NCBI GenBank assembly: GCA_013239625.1
Contig: MU053493.1
Location: 1,497,793 to 1,561,792 of the forward strand
Direction of reading: 5' to 3'
Source: Lama guanicoe
Lineage: Eukaryota
DNA: 64,000 nucleotides
The translations under genes were made by a program, and so were the position numbers. The notes below the pieces were generated by a model, which did no database searches, had not been told where the DNA came from, and worked only from the letters and a program-made list of their open reading frames with translations. Position 1 is the first letter of the stretch. Each line of letters opens with the position of its first letter. Positions 24,751 through 38,134 of the stretch are shown in pieces.

Positions 24751-27039
24751 AACAGTTTGCATTGGCGTTGGGTGAACAACAGCACACACTGGGCTGGGCC
24801 GTCCGCACATTTCATAAATGGACAATTAGTGTACTTTCAGTTCTTCTCACAAACGTCTTGTCCTTCAGGCTCACCACCAATGGAGTCAGTCATTTTTGGC
24901 TGACCTAAAAAATGGGCTAAAAATCACCCATGCTGCAGGGTTGGTGGGAGTTGGCAGAGTAGCAGGTCACACTGATACTACAGGAAGGGCAAAGGGGTCC
25001 AGGTGAGTCTGCACACTGGATGCGGTGACAGGAAGGCAGCCCCATGGTCGGGTGCTGGAAAGGATGCCCCTGTAGGGGTCTGAAGACGGGGCCCCATGGC
25101 GGGTGGGGTGGGACCCATGTCTGGCCAGGGAGCAGGGCAGGCACAGTCCCGGGCCTGGGTGGAGATGGGAACCCTTTGCAGATCCACAGGCAGACCCCAG
25201 AGGGTCCCGGGACAGGTTTGGGTGGGGAAGAATCGCACATGCTACCTGGACAGAGCCCCACTGGCCTGTGCAGCAACTTGGTGCTGATAGAGAAGGGGAC
25301 TCTGCCTCTGTGGGGCCCAGAGCTTGATCTCCGAGCACAGGTCCCATGGGCAGGGCAGCCAATGGCACCCAGGACCTATGCCAGACACCCCAGGAATGCG
25401 TGGCCTGGAGCTTGCTCCTGACCCTGAACCACGCGTGAAGTCCTGGGGCCTGTGTTCTGAGGGACCCCTCTGCCATCAGCCTAGGTTTGCCTCTGCTGCC
25501 GATACATGTCCAGATGTGAGTGGCAGCCCCTCTCCTCCAGACTTTCATGTGATGTCCCCAAACAGAGTGGACGCTATGGATGGGCTGGGGCTGACCCACC
25601 GAGGGCTCCCAGCCTCTCAGCCCCACCTGTTTGTGTCCTGGGCCCATCAGGGGCGGGGGAGGGGACAACTCCTCCTTAACCCCGCCCCCCAGCTGTGCAG
25701 GTGGCTCAGAGCCAGCAGCAGCCGGGCCCCGCCCCCTCCTTGCCCACCGAGGCTCATCCAGCCACTGCGTCTTCCAGTGGGGAATTCCAGAGCCAGATAT
25801 CAGGAAAATACAAGCGTTTCCACCTCATTCCTTCAGGAAGGAAGCAGGAGGTGGGAGTGAGCGTGTGGTCCAGTGAAGTGGACGGCCCTGTGGGGAGCCC
25901 ACTGGCCAGGTGGCAACCCCAGGCCTCTTGTCTCTGAGAAGTGATGAGGCTGACCTGGGAGCAGTTCCCCCACCACCCCTCCTCCACCTGCTCTGGGACC
26001 TCTCCTTCCCCTTTCCTGGATCGGGCCCCCCGCGGACAGGAGGTGCCCAGGGAAGAAGGGCTGGAGGGCATCACATCACCTGCGCCTGTGGAAGCTCCAG
26101 AGCGGACGTATCTGTTGGTCCCCTGCAGCTCTCTTGCTGATGCTCTGGGTGTGTCCCCCACCCCGCTTCCTGCCAGGCCTCTGGCTGGCACCCTACCTCA
26201 TAGGGCGCAGTGAAGGTTAGGTGCGGAAAGTATCCAGCCCTCTTAACCCTGGCCACTGGGGGCCTTGGAGGGGCCTGGCCTCCCGTCTCAGGGCTGTAGT
26301 GGGGCCTGTGAGGCCTCGCAGCCCTGGGAGCCAGCTAAGACCCAGTGGGGCAGACAGAGGGTGGTGCTGCCACCATTAAAGGCTCAGCAAGTGGAGGACT
26401 CCAGGCCCCAGTGTCCCTTGACCAGGTCCTGCACCCAAGACACCTTTCTGTTGTTTGTTTTAGAAGGAGATCTTTTGCAGTTTGGAGGAAACATTAAGAG
26501 GATGACCAGAAGCATCTTTCCTTAATATCAGTGTTTGTTCTTTCACACACTGGTGTCAAGTTCATTTGTGCAGAAAATTCAGGAGGCTGTACTGAGCATT
26601 TTCTCTGAGTGTCCAGGATGCTGAAGACTCAGAGTGGTCACATCCTGGGAGGGACATCCCAGCTCACTAGGGAAGGTGCGCCCATGTGGCCTGAGCAGCC
26701 TGGGGGACGGAGAGATGCCTCACACACCCCAGGTTTGCAGGGGAGCCCCTCTGGCCCAGGTGGCCCTGGGCACAGAATTAGGGTCTCCAGGGGGAGTTTC
26801 AGGTCCCTTGCTTCTGCATGAAGGGCTGAGAGCAGAGAGGGGTGACCCATTCGGGCCCTCAGCCCAGCAGTCAGAGTGTTGGGGAGGTGCTCTCCCCGCC
26901 CATAGAGCACATGCTTTGGAGTTGGGAAGCCACCCCCCTCATTTCCTCTCGAAGGTATCCAGGATGTGATCAGGTCTGGGAAGCAGTTCCGTCCCTGGAA
27001 ACTCAGACAGCAGCCTGGTCTTATGAGTGGTGTCTGGGG

Positions 27040-27200
27040 AGGGATGGCTTGGGTCCAAATGCCCATGCCTTGGCTGGCTATCAGCTGGGACGGTGGTGTA
27101 ACTTCTGGAAACTGAAGCTTCCGGATTTAGAAAATGGGAACAGAATCCTCGTGCACACAGCCCAGGGTTTTGTGAGGAGGAGGCCAGATAGCCAAGGCAA
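27040..27200 (+). mobile_element. MIR remnant
   Basis: gggtccaaat...aaaatgggaacagaat...cagggttttgtgagga resembles the MIR core. Confidence 0.45.
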
Positions 27201-27804
27201 GGTGCTCAGCCGCTGTCCCCAGGGAGGGTGCTGTGTGAGTGGGGCTCCTGGGCCTCGGGAGCCCAGCTGGAGGCCTGGTCAGAGACCAGCAGGTCCGGGC
27301 AGCCTCTGCAGGGCCGCCAGTGTCTGGGCTCTGAGATACCATTCAATGAGGTTCCAGCTGGTGGTGAGAAGGCTAGGCAGGCCTACATGGCTTCCCAGAC
27401 CCAGTGGAGCTCCAGGGCGACTGGTAGAGACTCCTCCAGCATGGGGAGCAGCCTTGAGACTGCTCTGTGCACACACATGTTCCCAGACAGAGCAGGAGAT
27501 CTGGCTGCCCCAGGCAGCTCTGAGCTCCTCCACCGGGGAGGGCAGGGCCACAGCAGTGGCCATGGGGTGCCTTGAAACTACCACTGAGCTGGGTGTGTCC
27601 AGAGCCGAGGAGGGAGGAGGCCCTGAGGGGGCTGGAGGCACAGGACTCCTGAGGCCTGGCCTCAGCCAGGCAGGTAGCCCTCACCGACAGGATCCTGCTT
27701 GGACTTCTACCAAAAAAGCCCCACCCTCCCTAGCACTGCTGTTTAATTTTTTCTTTCGATTGCCGGTAGCAGTCCAGCCCTCTGGGGAGGCCTCCCGAAG
27801 GCTG

Positions 27805-27814
27805 CCCTTTATGG
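27805..27814. promoter_or_regulatory. Perfect CArG box (SRF consensus CC(A/T)6GG)
   Basis: ccttttatgg; motif match only. Confidence 0.3.
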
Positions 27815-29316
27815 CTCCAGGTCCAAAGTCCCCAGCCTGGCAGCGAGGTCTCTTACTGCAACCAGGGCCTGCCTGGCTCTGCCAGACCTTGTGGGCTGCA
27901 GCTCCCGCGATGCAGAGGAACACCCCCCCACCCAAACCCCTTCCCCTTGCCTCCGAGCCGGCCAGTCTCTGCCCCGGGAAGCCCACCTGCTCCCACCTGC
28001 TGCAGAGAATGATACTCAAGCCTCTCAAGCCACATCCACCACCACGGCGCCCCCAGCAGGGCCTAGAGGCCGTTTCATCCTCCAGACCAGGCTTGGCATG
28101 ATTATCTTTATTAGCTCCGTTTTGAGGTTTCTGAAGTCTAAGCAGAAAACTAGGAAGACTGGAGCTGGGCTGGAAACCTGGGCTGCCCAAGGCCTTCCTG
28201 CTGGGTGGAGCAGGTGAGCGGCCCATCACACCCTCGCTCCCGGGCCAGCCCGGCTGCACCCGGGCCTCCCCACCAAGTTTTACGAATTGTGTTTGCTACT
28301 CCCGGCCAAGTGCTGGGCCAGGGCTCAGGGAGAAGATGTGGGTGTGCCCTTTGCCCTCACTGGGAGCTAACGGCCTCAACACAGCGAAGACCAAGGGAGC
28401 CGGGGAAGGGCAGGGCAAGGTATTCCCGGCCAGGGCCAGGCATGCAGTGGCACTTTAATATCCACAAATCAGATCATTACCAGGAGGAGCAGGTCCAGGC
28501 CCCCCGGCCCTGTGCAGCCACAGAGGATGAAGCATCCCACCCAGTCTAGAACTTTCTCACCTGCCTCTTTTCCATGACCCCAAGGCTTGCGTCAGCACCA
28601 GCTCTGCCCAGGGGAACACCTCGGACACCCATCTGCTGTGTGCACTCTGGAGATAGCTTTGGCCTCCGTGCTGAACCGTCAGCCTGAGCGATGACTTGGC
28701 CTCAGCTGGGCCATAAGTTCATTTTCTCAGCCACCAGCCCTCCCAAGAATTAAGGACCTGGGAGTTCCTAAATATGGCTATATTCCTGAATATCAACTCT
28801 TGAGACTTAAGTGGTTTTAATAGCTTCTGGAAGGGATTAATCAGCTTTCAGCCCCCACCAAGTTCGCATCCCAGCATAAGACCCCTGTTCCGTGAGAAGC
28901 CATTCATATCCACTGGGGGAGCTTTCCTCCACCGCCGTGTGGGAACTCAGACTCACTTGGTGTTAGCAAGAGCGCCTCCACCTTATTCGGACCATGCGAA
29001 GTCCACCACGCACAGGAGTGCAAGTGCACAGGTGATCCAGAGCGCAGGAGGGGAGAACGTCCAGGCAAAACCAAGGGCCCAGGGCGGGGGTGGGGGTGCC
29101 CGCTGTGCTGCCTCTGTAGCTCCAGGGGGCTGAGGGGTGGGCATGACCATAGGAAAAGGTGCTAGTTCCCGGCTTCTTGGCTCATACTGCACTCTTGGGG
29201 GCCCACTGAACGCACGTGCCTGGGACGGCACTCTCTGAGCTCCCGGTGGGCTCCTGTGCATCATAACACATCCTGACCAGGCTTCAGCCTTGGCCCATAA
29301 AAACCTCCGACTCTAC

Positions 29317-29402
29317 GGGGGTGGGTGTAGCTCAGTGGTAGAGCACATGCTTAGCATGCATGAGGTCCTGGGTTTAATTCCCAGCACCCCCATTAAAAAA
29401 AA
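29317..29402 (+). mobile_element. Vic-1-like SINE, short form
   Basis: gggtgtagctcagtggtagagcacatgcttagcatgcatgaggtcctgggtttaattcccag plus poly(A). Confidence 0.9.
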
Positions 29403-31590
29403 GGCAGGCTCTCAGCAGAGAGTGTAGTCCACTCTCCCCACCATCCACACGCACGAAGAGACTTGAGCAAACACCGGCATAGTTCCTAACTGCTCGGGGC
29501 TACACACCCAGGAGGCCAGCTCAGTCCCCTCAAGTTCCTGCTCAGGAAAACTCAGTGCCCCTGGGACAATCAGTTCCTCCAGGTCAAAACCTGGTGAGAG
29601 GCTGCTGGGCCCCTAAACCCACTCTGAGAACAGTCACTTCAGAACAATTGTAAGTCATTTCTCTGCCCTTTGAGATGTCCATCTTCCACCACCCAGAACT
29701 GTCCCTTCCAGGACCTGGGCATTGCCTCATTGTTCAGGAGGCCGGGACTGCTGTTTCTCTCCCACTGCGACCTGTATGTGTCCCATGTGTGTTCCCTGGT
29801 CCCATCTTTGAGGACTTCCTCAATGATTAGTGACACATAAGATAATGCTGCTTTGTACTTAAGGCGTGGCATCGAGGGGACATGCCTGTGGGATGGGGAC
29901 TTTTCCGATGCCGCCCAGGGAAGTGCAGTGAGGCTCAAACTGGAGGACCCTGGTGCTTTTACAAAATGTTTCTGGAATCAAAGTGAATTTTTCCTTTGAC
30001 TTTTTTTTTTCCTGAGAGAAAACTTTTTCAGGACCAGACACCATCCCTCCAGGTGCAAATCTGTCATGAAGCAGGCATTTGATAAAATTATCCTGACTTG
30101 GCCTGGTCCTGGCATAAGTTTAGGTAAGGGCAACCTTCAGGCCCGGGAGGCAGCCAGACTCAGGGCTGAACTGCCTGTGGTCCTGGTGGACATGCCCCTC
30201 CACACACTACCTGTCCCCCATCCCTTCCCCTGTCCCCCTAAGCCGTGGGCTTCATCCTAAAGGTGCCCAATGGAGAAGGGGACTGGAGGCAGAGGGCAGG
30301 GGGTTAATCTAATCACACCCGGCGGAAACCTCGGGGCCACCACCCTCGCGGACACATCACAGGTGTCCATCATGCAACTGAGAAAAGAGACTATGAGCTT
30401 AAATGACTGTGGATGTCAGCCCCGCCACGGTGAGCTCATGTGAGGGGGAGGCACAGATAGCTCCAAGGGAGAGAAAGCCCCAGGGCGTGTGTGTGTGAGA
30501 GTGTGTGTGCCCATGGGCGCGTGTGTGCATGAGCATATCTGTTCATGCCGAGGCGTGTGCCCAGTGCGCTCCTGCTTGGCGGGTGGTCAGCAGGTCTCAG
30601 GGATCAGGGCAGGGCTGTGAAAGGAGAGGTCCAGGCAGACAGGCAGCAGCTATGGGAACAGGGACTGCTGGTCTACCCAGGAGGTCGGAGGAGGGTATGA
30701 GGAGCCCTTGAGTCTGGGGCCTTCTGGGGGCCTGGCTCCTCCCTGGGAGGCTGGGGTGGGCCGCCTAACCTGGCCCTCAGCTTGCCTGCAGTACCCACCC
30801 CTCCAGCAGCTCTGATCCCTGAAACGTTGCCTCCCCTGGAGAACAGAGTGGGTCGGAACCTGGAATGGAGGGTGGTATTGGGCAGGGGGGCAGGGCAGAG
30901 TGGCTCCTTCTGGAAGGATGGGAACCCGAGCTGGGCCTGTGATTGACGGTGAAAACCTCGAGGTCCCCAGGATGAAAGGTGGTGGGCCCGCCACAAACGA
31001 GGAACACGAGACACTGACTCCCAGAGTGCCCTTGGCAAATGCCTCGCAGGCTCGGCAGCAAGGTCTGTTCTGTCTCCCCCGGGGGCCCACTTCTGCTCTC
31101 AAGAGCGGTGGCCTCAGGTCCCCAGTGCAACCAGAGCCCTGGGGTGAAACGGCAGCATCCCAGTCTTGGGGTGGGGTGCTCTGCCCCCAACCCGGCTCCA
31201 GCCTCGGTGCAGATGTCCGGGTCAGGGAAGGAGCCCAGGTCCTGCTGGCTCCGTCGGTGGAGGGTCTCCGGGGACTGGAAACACCGTCCCAGCCCGCAAA
31301 CCCTCTCTCTCCTGCCTTCCACATAAACAAGCCCGCCGTGCAGGCAGTGAGGTGAAGGCTGAACCTCGGGCCCAGCTGCAGCTAGAGAAGGCAGTGTTTT
31401 TCTCTTTTTGTGGTTTCTCCTCGGGGTTAAGCAACGTTTCATTTCTCGGCATTAACGACCGACCCAGGCCTCCCTCCGCAGTGTCGCAGTGTCTGTCACA
31501 GCCTGACCCCACGGGGGTGGGGGGGTGGGGCGGGTCTGCGCCAGCCCTGGGGTCCTTGGGCTCCTCCCAAGCCTCTTTTTTTCCTCTGTC

Positions 31591-31710
31591 TATTTTTTCT
31601 TCTTAATTTATTTTTTGGGGAGGCAGTAATTATGTTTTTTTATTTTTTAATGGAGGCACTAGGAGTTGAACCCAGGACTTACCTCTACCACGGAGCTATA
31701 CCCTCCCCTC
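31591..31710 (-). mobile_element. Vic-1-like SINE, internally deleted
   Basis: ttaatggaggcactaggagttgaacccagga...ctctaccacggagctataccctcccc. Confidence 0.85.
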
Positions 31711-34700
31711 CGCCAAGGCTCTTAATAGTGAAGGAATGAAGGCTCTGGGTGGAGGGAGAGGCTGCCCAGGAGTGTTCTAGGAAGATTAGGACACTGTGAA
31801 TGCCAAACACATCGGGCACCATTCCTGGGATAGACGTTTATCACCAACCATGCGGCACTCGCGTTTCTACTAGAAAAGGCCCCTGGCTCTGGACTGGGCT
31901 GCCTGGGGGCCCCCATCCCTGTTTCCTGGAAGTCAGCCCTGCCCCTGCTCCTCTTCACTCCTCTCACCACACCCCTCCCCCCAGAGCCACAAGGAGTCCC
32001 TTCAGGGGCCAAGTGTTCCCCACCTGTTGACTCATTTTCGAGACCCTGCAGCACGGAGAGGGACCAGAGCCCAGGACTGAGGACCTTCCTGGCACCAGCT
32101 GCGGGCTGCCCTGCACTCCTGGGCTCCCACACCAGGAGAAGTGCTCCCTCAGCCCCGGAGGTGGCTCCTGACCTTGGCCCAGGTCTCCACACGGGCTCCC
32201 TGGGGCTGCCACCCTCACAGGCCCCTCAGGCTTCTCTAGATCCCCCAGCTCCACGACTGGACCCCCCCTGACTGGCTATGCCCCCCAGGGCCACACCGAG
32301 TCTGCCCCCAGCATCCCAGCCCACTGCCAGGCATTGTTGGGGTGGCCATGCTCTGGGTGAGTCCAACAGCTCTGGTCTCCACTTTCCCAGCCTCCCTTCC
32401 AGTGTGGGCGGCCCTGGGACCCCCAACCACAGTCCTGGGCGAGTCTTTTGCTCTCCAGATGGATGCAGCTAGCCAGCCCCTTCCCCTTCCTGATGGTCAT
32501 GGGCCCCATTTGGAGCCATTGCAGATTGGGAGAGGAAGGCCACTGTGGCCTGCTTCGACCTCCTGCTATGAAAAAAAGACAGCTTCCCTAAGCCTCTGAC
32601 AGGTCACTGTCACCTGCAGGGGCTGCATCCCTGACTGCTGACCTTGGAGCCCCTGGAGTGCAGAGGAGGGAGGGCGGCGCCTTCTGACCTGCTCCCCTGC
32701 TCCCATTGCCTCAAGTGCAATTCCCCTCCTCCAGGGAGCGTGCACAGTCCACTGGCTGTGATCTGAGTGTGTCTTCCCAGAGCTCATGCGGGCTCCCAAA
32801 AGCCCCTCCTCCACTCTCTCCCTGTCATCCCTCTGGCCCAAAGTCTGCAAAGGCGGAGAGGAAGGCCAGGCCTGGGCTCTCCAGGTGAGTCGGCAGCAGC
32901 TGTCAGCACTGCCTGAGTCTTCAGGACCAGTTTTTTGTAAGCGGCCAGGGCGCACAGCACTTCCTGAAATGTGCCTTCTCTCCCTGCACCTCCTGCCGTC
33001 CCCTCCCCCAGTGTCTCATGAGGTCACCCACAGGCTTCTCTTCCCTGTGCGCTCAGAGGCCCCACCCTAGTGCTCAGGCCAGGATGGGCGCCCCTGCTGG
33101 AGGCCTGGGGACCAAGCTCTGGGCTCCCCTGAAGCTGTCACCACTCCTTCCCTAGATGGCCTCAAGCTCGGGACCTAACAGCCACCCTCTCCCTCCTCCT
33201 CAAAGCCAAAAGCTTCTGGGTCCTACTCCTCACGGTTCTTCCTCTAGATCCTAAACCCATAACTAAATTTAAGCCTCAGGCTGTCAAGTGCACATTTTGG
33301 ATAGATTCCCTGGGTGTTGGGCAGGGCTGCCCGGGAAGACCCCACTGGGCCACCACCCAGCGAGTCCAGACATCGATGGACCACCACCCAGCCCCCGCTC
33401 GTGGTGACTGGGAGTTGGAATGAGAAGAGAGACCAGCTCAGGAACCCACGACCACAGTTGGTTTCGGTTTAGCCGGCATCTAGGGAACCCGGGCTCCGTG
33501 CCAGGGAGGCGCCAAGAGCCGCGGGAGACAGATGCAATGGGACGGATGCCCAGGCCCCCAGCCTGCCTGCTGGGTGGTGAGGGCAGAGGGAGGTTCTCAA
33601 GCCAGGGAATGCTGCTCCCACGGAGGGAGCTGTGCAGAGAGCATGGCAGGCCGTGGCTGCAGCGGGAAGGCCAGCAGGGTAGGCATCTGAGATTTTGTCT
33701 TATGTACAAAGGAACCCTTTCAGGTCCCAAGGAGAGAGTGACAAACTCAGGCAGGGGGTCCAGGAAGATGGTACCCAAGGTGGTGGCAGCATCTGAAGGC
33801 AGGATGGACGACCTTCTGGGGGGTTCTTATGGGCCTTTCTGGGTTGTGGAGTCAGCGTGGAGTCAAGAGGTCTAAGATGGGTCTGGAAAGGACATTCCCC
33901 TTAAAGGTAGAAATACAATCCCCAACTTTTGCGCTCATCAGATGACTAATACTTCTACACTATGGGACACGTCACAGGCTAAAACATTTCTACCGTCCCC
34001 AGGGTCTCTGTGCTTAGATTTTTTTTAGAGTAAGAGAAAGAGCAAAAAAAGGCTATGGCTGATCTAGGTCTTTTGCAAATAACCAGTTCTAGCTGGTTAC
34101 ACAGAAAAGAGAAGCACAGGGCAAGAAAACCACACTGGAGTTTCTAAGAGCCCATGGGCAGGGTGTGGCAGCCTCTGGAACCAGGGCCTCGAACCTTGGC
34201 CACTGCGTTGCAGGACACCGGGTCCCCTAGCCTGTCTGCCAGGTTCTCTCTGAGTTGGCGTGGCCTGCCCAGGGCCCACTGTGGACAAGACACCCCCAGA
34301 TCTCCCTTAAGCTTCCACCTCTGCAAAATGAGCTGGGATCTCTTGGGGCCAGTTCCATCCTCCTGAGGTGGGGGCTCTGGTTGTCCTGGGTTGGGTCTGG
34401 CATCTATCCCCCAGGATCGATCAGTGTGGCTGGTGTTGAGGCAAAGTCACCCTGGAGATGTGACTTTCTTTACAGCAGAACTATTTTTACCCCCCAAACA
34501 AAATCCTACCTGAAACTAAATATGCCAGAGGCATCCCTGGAGCCGACAGACAGATGGCACAGGGGTACTCAGCGTCCCCCGTGCGCACCTCCCTTCGTCG
34601 GTGAATCCAGAACCAGTTCCTGCTTCAAAGCCAGTCGGAGAAATAAACAGGTCTTCCCAACACAGAGCTCTTCTTCCTCCCCCAGGCTGCCGCCACCTCC

Positions 34701-35666
34701 TCCTTAACAGCACACACCTCCCAAGTCCCTGGGGCACCCCAGCCTCCCCAGGGTCTGTGAAGACCTTGGGTGCCGGGAGCAGGAGGGGAAGTCACAGCTC
34801 TGGGCAACGCACGAATGGCACTGGCTCATGGTTCCTCCATCCCTGCCCCTTCCAGAAGCCTGGACCTTGCAGGCCAAGAGGCCTGGACCTCGCCCCCTCC
34901 CTGAGCTGGCTGCACAGACCGCAATCAGGGGTCCCTCGGTTTCCCACAGTCACTGGCCCAAGCAGGTCACACTTTACAGAGGGAACAACTCGGAGAGAAG
35001 CAAAAAGAAAATAAGGCAAACTCTTCTGGTGCTTCTGTTACATGTCAGGTCACTTACATGATCTTATGAATCCCTACGATAAACCACATCTTCAGGAACA
35101 AGTAGACCAGAGCCTGGAGCAGCTCAAGGCACCAAGGTCATACAGCTGGGAGATCGCTGAGAAGGAAGCTTAACCCAGTTGCCCAAGGCTCTAAAGGCCT
35201 CAATTTCCGCAGCACAACATCCAGAGCAGCATGAAGCGTCAGTGACAGGCGTAGGACGGGACCGTGGGTCGCCAGGCTCACACACCGAGCGTGGTCTATG
35301 GGGTGGCTGATTTTCAGCATGTCTCTTTCTGTTTAGAATCCTCAATAAGGTGCCAACGTGCCACCTGCCCAGGCAAGGAGGATGGGCCCCTGTCTGCCCT
35401 GTCTGGGCAGCCAGTCAAGAACTTTCCTCCAGCTTCACAGACAACTTAGATCTGAAGGGCCGCGCCCTTCTTTGCTCAGTGGCTTGAACTGTGCTGTTCC
35501 CTCCATGCTCCCTGACCCTGATGGATGAACCCCCCCACCCCAGGACTGTATTTCCTGGCATCTCCAAGTACCTGAAGCACCTTCTTCCCCAAGGACCCTC
35601 CCTCCTCTGCAACCCCAGCCGTGCCCACATCCCCTGGTAGTGGGACTTCTTAGAGGCCAAATGAGC

Positions 35667-36040
35667 TGTTAGGGGCTGAATTGTGTCCACCCCCAGATTC
35701 ATATGTTGAAGTCAAATCTCCAGTACCCCAGAATGTGATCATATTTAGAGATGGGGCCTTGAAAGAGGAAATTAAGGTTAAATGAGATGACTGCAGTGGG
35801 CCTTATCCAATCTGCAGGGTGTCCATATGCGAAGGGGAGATTAGGACACAGACACATGGAGGACAAGGGGATAAGGCAGCATCTTCTCCATAAGCCAAGG
35901 AGAGGCCTCAGGGGAAATCAACCCTGCTGATACCTCAGTCTTGGACTTCTGGCCTCCAAAATGGTGAGTAAATAAATTTCAGTTGTTAAAGCCACTCACC
36001 CTGGAGTGCTTTGTCATAGCAGCCTAGCAGACGGATGTGC
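35667..36040 (+). mobile_element. MLT1B-type MaLR solo LTR
   Basis: TG start, gctgaattgtgtcc, ttaaggttaaatgag, tcttggacttctggcctcca, aataaatttc, CA end. Confidence 0.85.
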
Positions 36041-36569
36041 AGAAAGGTGTTGAGAAGGTCTGTGTCCTGGGCCCTGGGCTCACCGGGTGAGGAGGGGCTC
36101 TGGAGTGAGGCCCTGGTGAATGGGGTGGAGCCTGTTCCAGCACCAGGAACTCAGAGTTCTTGGGGAAATTGTGCCATTGCTCTTGGCCTCCATACTGCTT
36201 ATCTCACAGAGTCAGGTGACATCCAACAAGACAACGCCAGGGGAAGGCCCTAAAGAGACTGCAAATCACCCTTCAAATGTCCATTCCTCCCTCCTCTGTT
36301 ACGGCAGCCACCCAAGTTAGCAAAATGCACAGAATATGATAACGAAGCCCAAGGTATGGATGGTCCTCTGCTTGGTGAGTCCTGCAAAAGACACGTGGCG
36401 TGGCTGCCAGTCCCCAGGGTCAAGCCAGTCGGAGGAGGGGGCTCTCCTGACCTTTCAAATCCAGCAGCAGAGCTGACCTGTTCCACCTGCCTGCACTGGG
36501 CCAGGGCCAGAGCACACAGAGGGCACCATGGTCTGGTCCTACCCCCAGAGGGACTCTGGTTTGGAAGGC

Positions 36570-37900
36570 ATCTGCTGGGACTGTCCATCTGGTTTGCTGG
36601 GACAAGAGGGTTCCTGGGCTCAGAACTTCAGAAGGAAAGTGCCAGGCAGATGCATGGAAACTCCCAGAAGTAGCAGACCTGGAAAGAGAGGGAAAGGCTG
36701 GCTGAAGATGTGGTTTTGGCATCAGCAGGAGTACATGTCTCCATGGCTGGTGGTGTCTGAGTAAGGCTGAAACATGGCCTCTATACCCCACTTACTAAAT
36801 TGAGACTTGAGAACAGAGTTTTGGATGAAGCAGAAAAGGCAGCTTTGTTTCTTTGCAGGCAAAGGAGGTCACAGTGGGCTAATGACTCTAAGATTGTGAG
36901 TTTGCTGGGGAGAGAAGACAGGGGGATTTATAGTAAAATTTCAAGGGTTCAAGGGGCAGAGCTAATTTCCATCGAGATCAAATACAAGGTAACAAATTGT
37001 TGCAAAGTTGTTCTTGATTTTGCACATGCAGTGGTCCCCTTCCCTTTGCTAGGTAAGAAGTTCACCTCTGGCTTTGGGACTCTTAATTCCTGTACCTAGA
37101 ACAAATGGATGCATAGAAAGGGGGTCCATGGAAAAGAGCTCTAAAGAAAAACTTGTGCAGTTTAAAGTCAGGTTGATAAATGCTTTTAGCCTTTTAAACA
37201 GGCTGAGACCTGTAGCTCAAACAACAAGATCCAAGGAAACCACGAGGGGTCAAGAGCTGGGCACTGGGATCAAGAACAGGGCACCGGGGGCAAGAGGAGG
37301 GCACTGAGCACCCTGAGGGGGTTGGACAGACCACCCAAGCCTCCCTCCTCTCCAGTCTCACCAAGAGCCAGCAAGAGCATGAGAAAAGCCCTTTAAACCA
37401 TAATACAGTTAAGCAGTTACAAACAGCATTACAGATATCAGATGGTCACCAATGATGACCATAGCGTCCTGCTTGGTTACATGAGGGTGCGCTATAGGCT
37501 CTGAACCCGTAGCCGATCTATGTTGCTGCTTCTCCCAGGAGTCCAGGGATCAAGGAGCAGATGTGGGAGGAGCTCCTCAAAGTAACACTAGACAGCCCCT
37601 TTGCCAAGTGTTTGCTTCCCACACCTGCAACTTACAGCACCTTTGTTTTGACAGTCTCAATCCCCAGGGATCACTCCCATGGGGTGCAGGACCTGCTGAG
37701 TCAGAAGTTGAGATTGGTATCCGACCATGTTGGAATCCTCAGGCTCCTCAGCCAATGGGTGAGGAAAGGGGACCCTCTACTGTCTGGGGTTATCCATCTC
37801 AATGACCAAGGGGAGCTGCTACACACAGAGACAGGGAGGACTGGTCTGGGAGCCACAGAGGCTCTGGGTCACCTCTAAGGTCCTTCTGTCCAACCAGAGG
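36570..37900 (+). mobile_element. ERV-L internal remnant (integrase and dUTPase-like region), split by an LTR
   Basis: ORF 37561-37878 (DSPFAKCLLPTPAT...KLRLVSDHVGIL..LSQWVRKG..LLSGVI) resembles recalled HERV-L DPLAKFLLPVPAT...KLRLPPGHFGLL..LSQQAKKG..VLAGVI; integrase-like DNA lies on both sides of the LTR. Confidence 0.7.
36762..37481 (-). mobile_element. ERV1-class solo LTR nested in the ERV-L remnant
   Basis: Minus strand begins tgtaaccaagcagg; TATAAA at 36927-36932 on the minus strand; 4-bp TSD tgag at 36758-36761 and 37482-37485. Confidence 0.7.
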
Positions 37901-38134
37901 TCCTTCTGACAACCAGAGAGTCAGCAAGAAGACCCAACAACAATCACAGCAGGAGACAACCCTTCCCAGATGAGGCTGAGTGAGACACCAGGCAAGGAGC
38001 CCCACCTGCTGCAGGACAGACCTGGTGTGGTCACGGAGCCCAGGGAGATCCAGTTGCCAACAGAGCTTAGGACTAGTTATGGAAACAAAAACCCACCACC
38101 ATGATACATACCCCCCCTTAATTTTAATTGCACA

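Noticed and set aside
26842..28101. 419-aa ORF, the longest non-L1 frame
   Set aside because: No ATG start, no recognisable domain, Pro/Gly/Ala/Arg-rich composition expected from GC-rich DNA, and it runs through a MIR remnant.
29317..29402. tRNA-Ala genes at the SINE heads
   Set aside because: Poly(A) tails, TSDs at several copies, imperfect stems and multiple diverged copies mark them as SINEs.
33086..33100. Reverse CTCF-like motif gggcgcccctgctgg
   Set aside because: It is one G short in the core, which breaks the required spacing.
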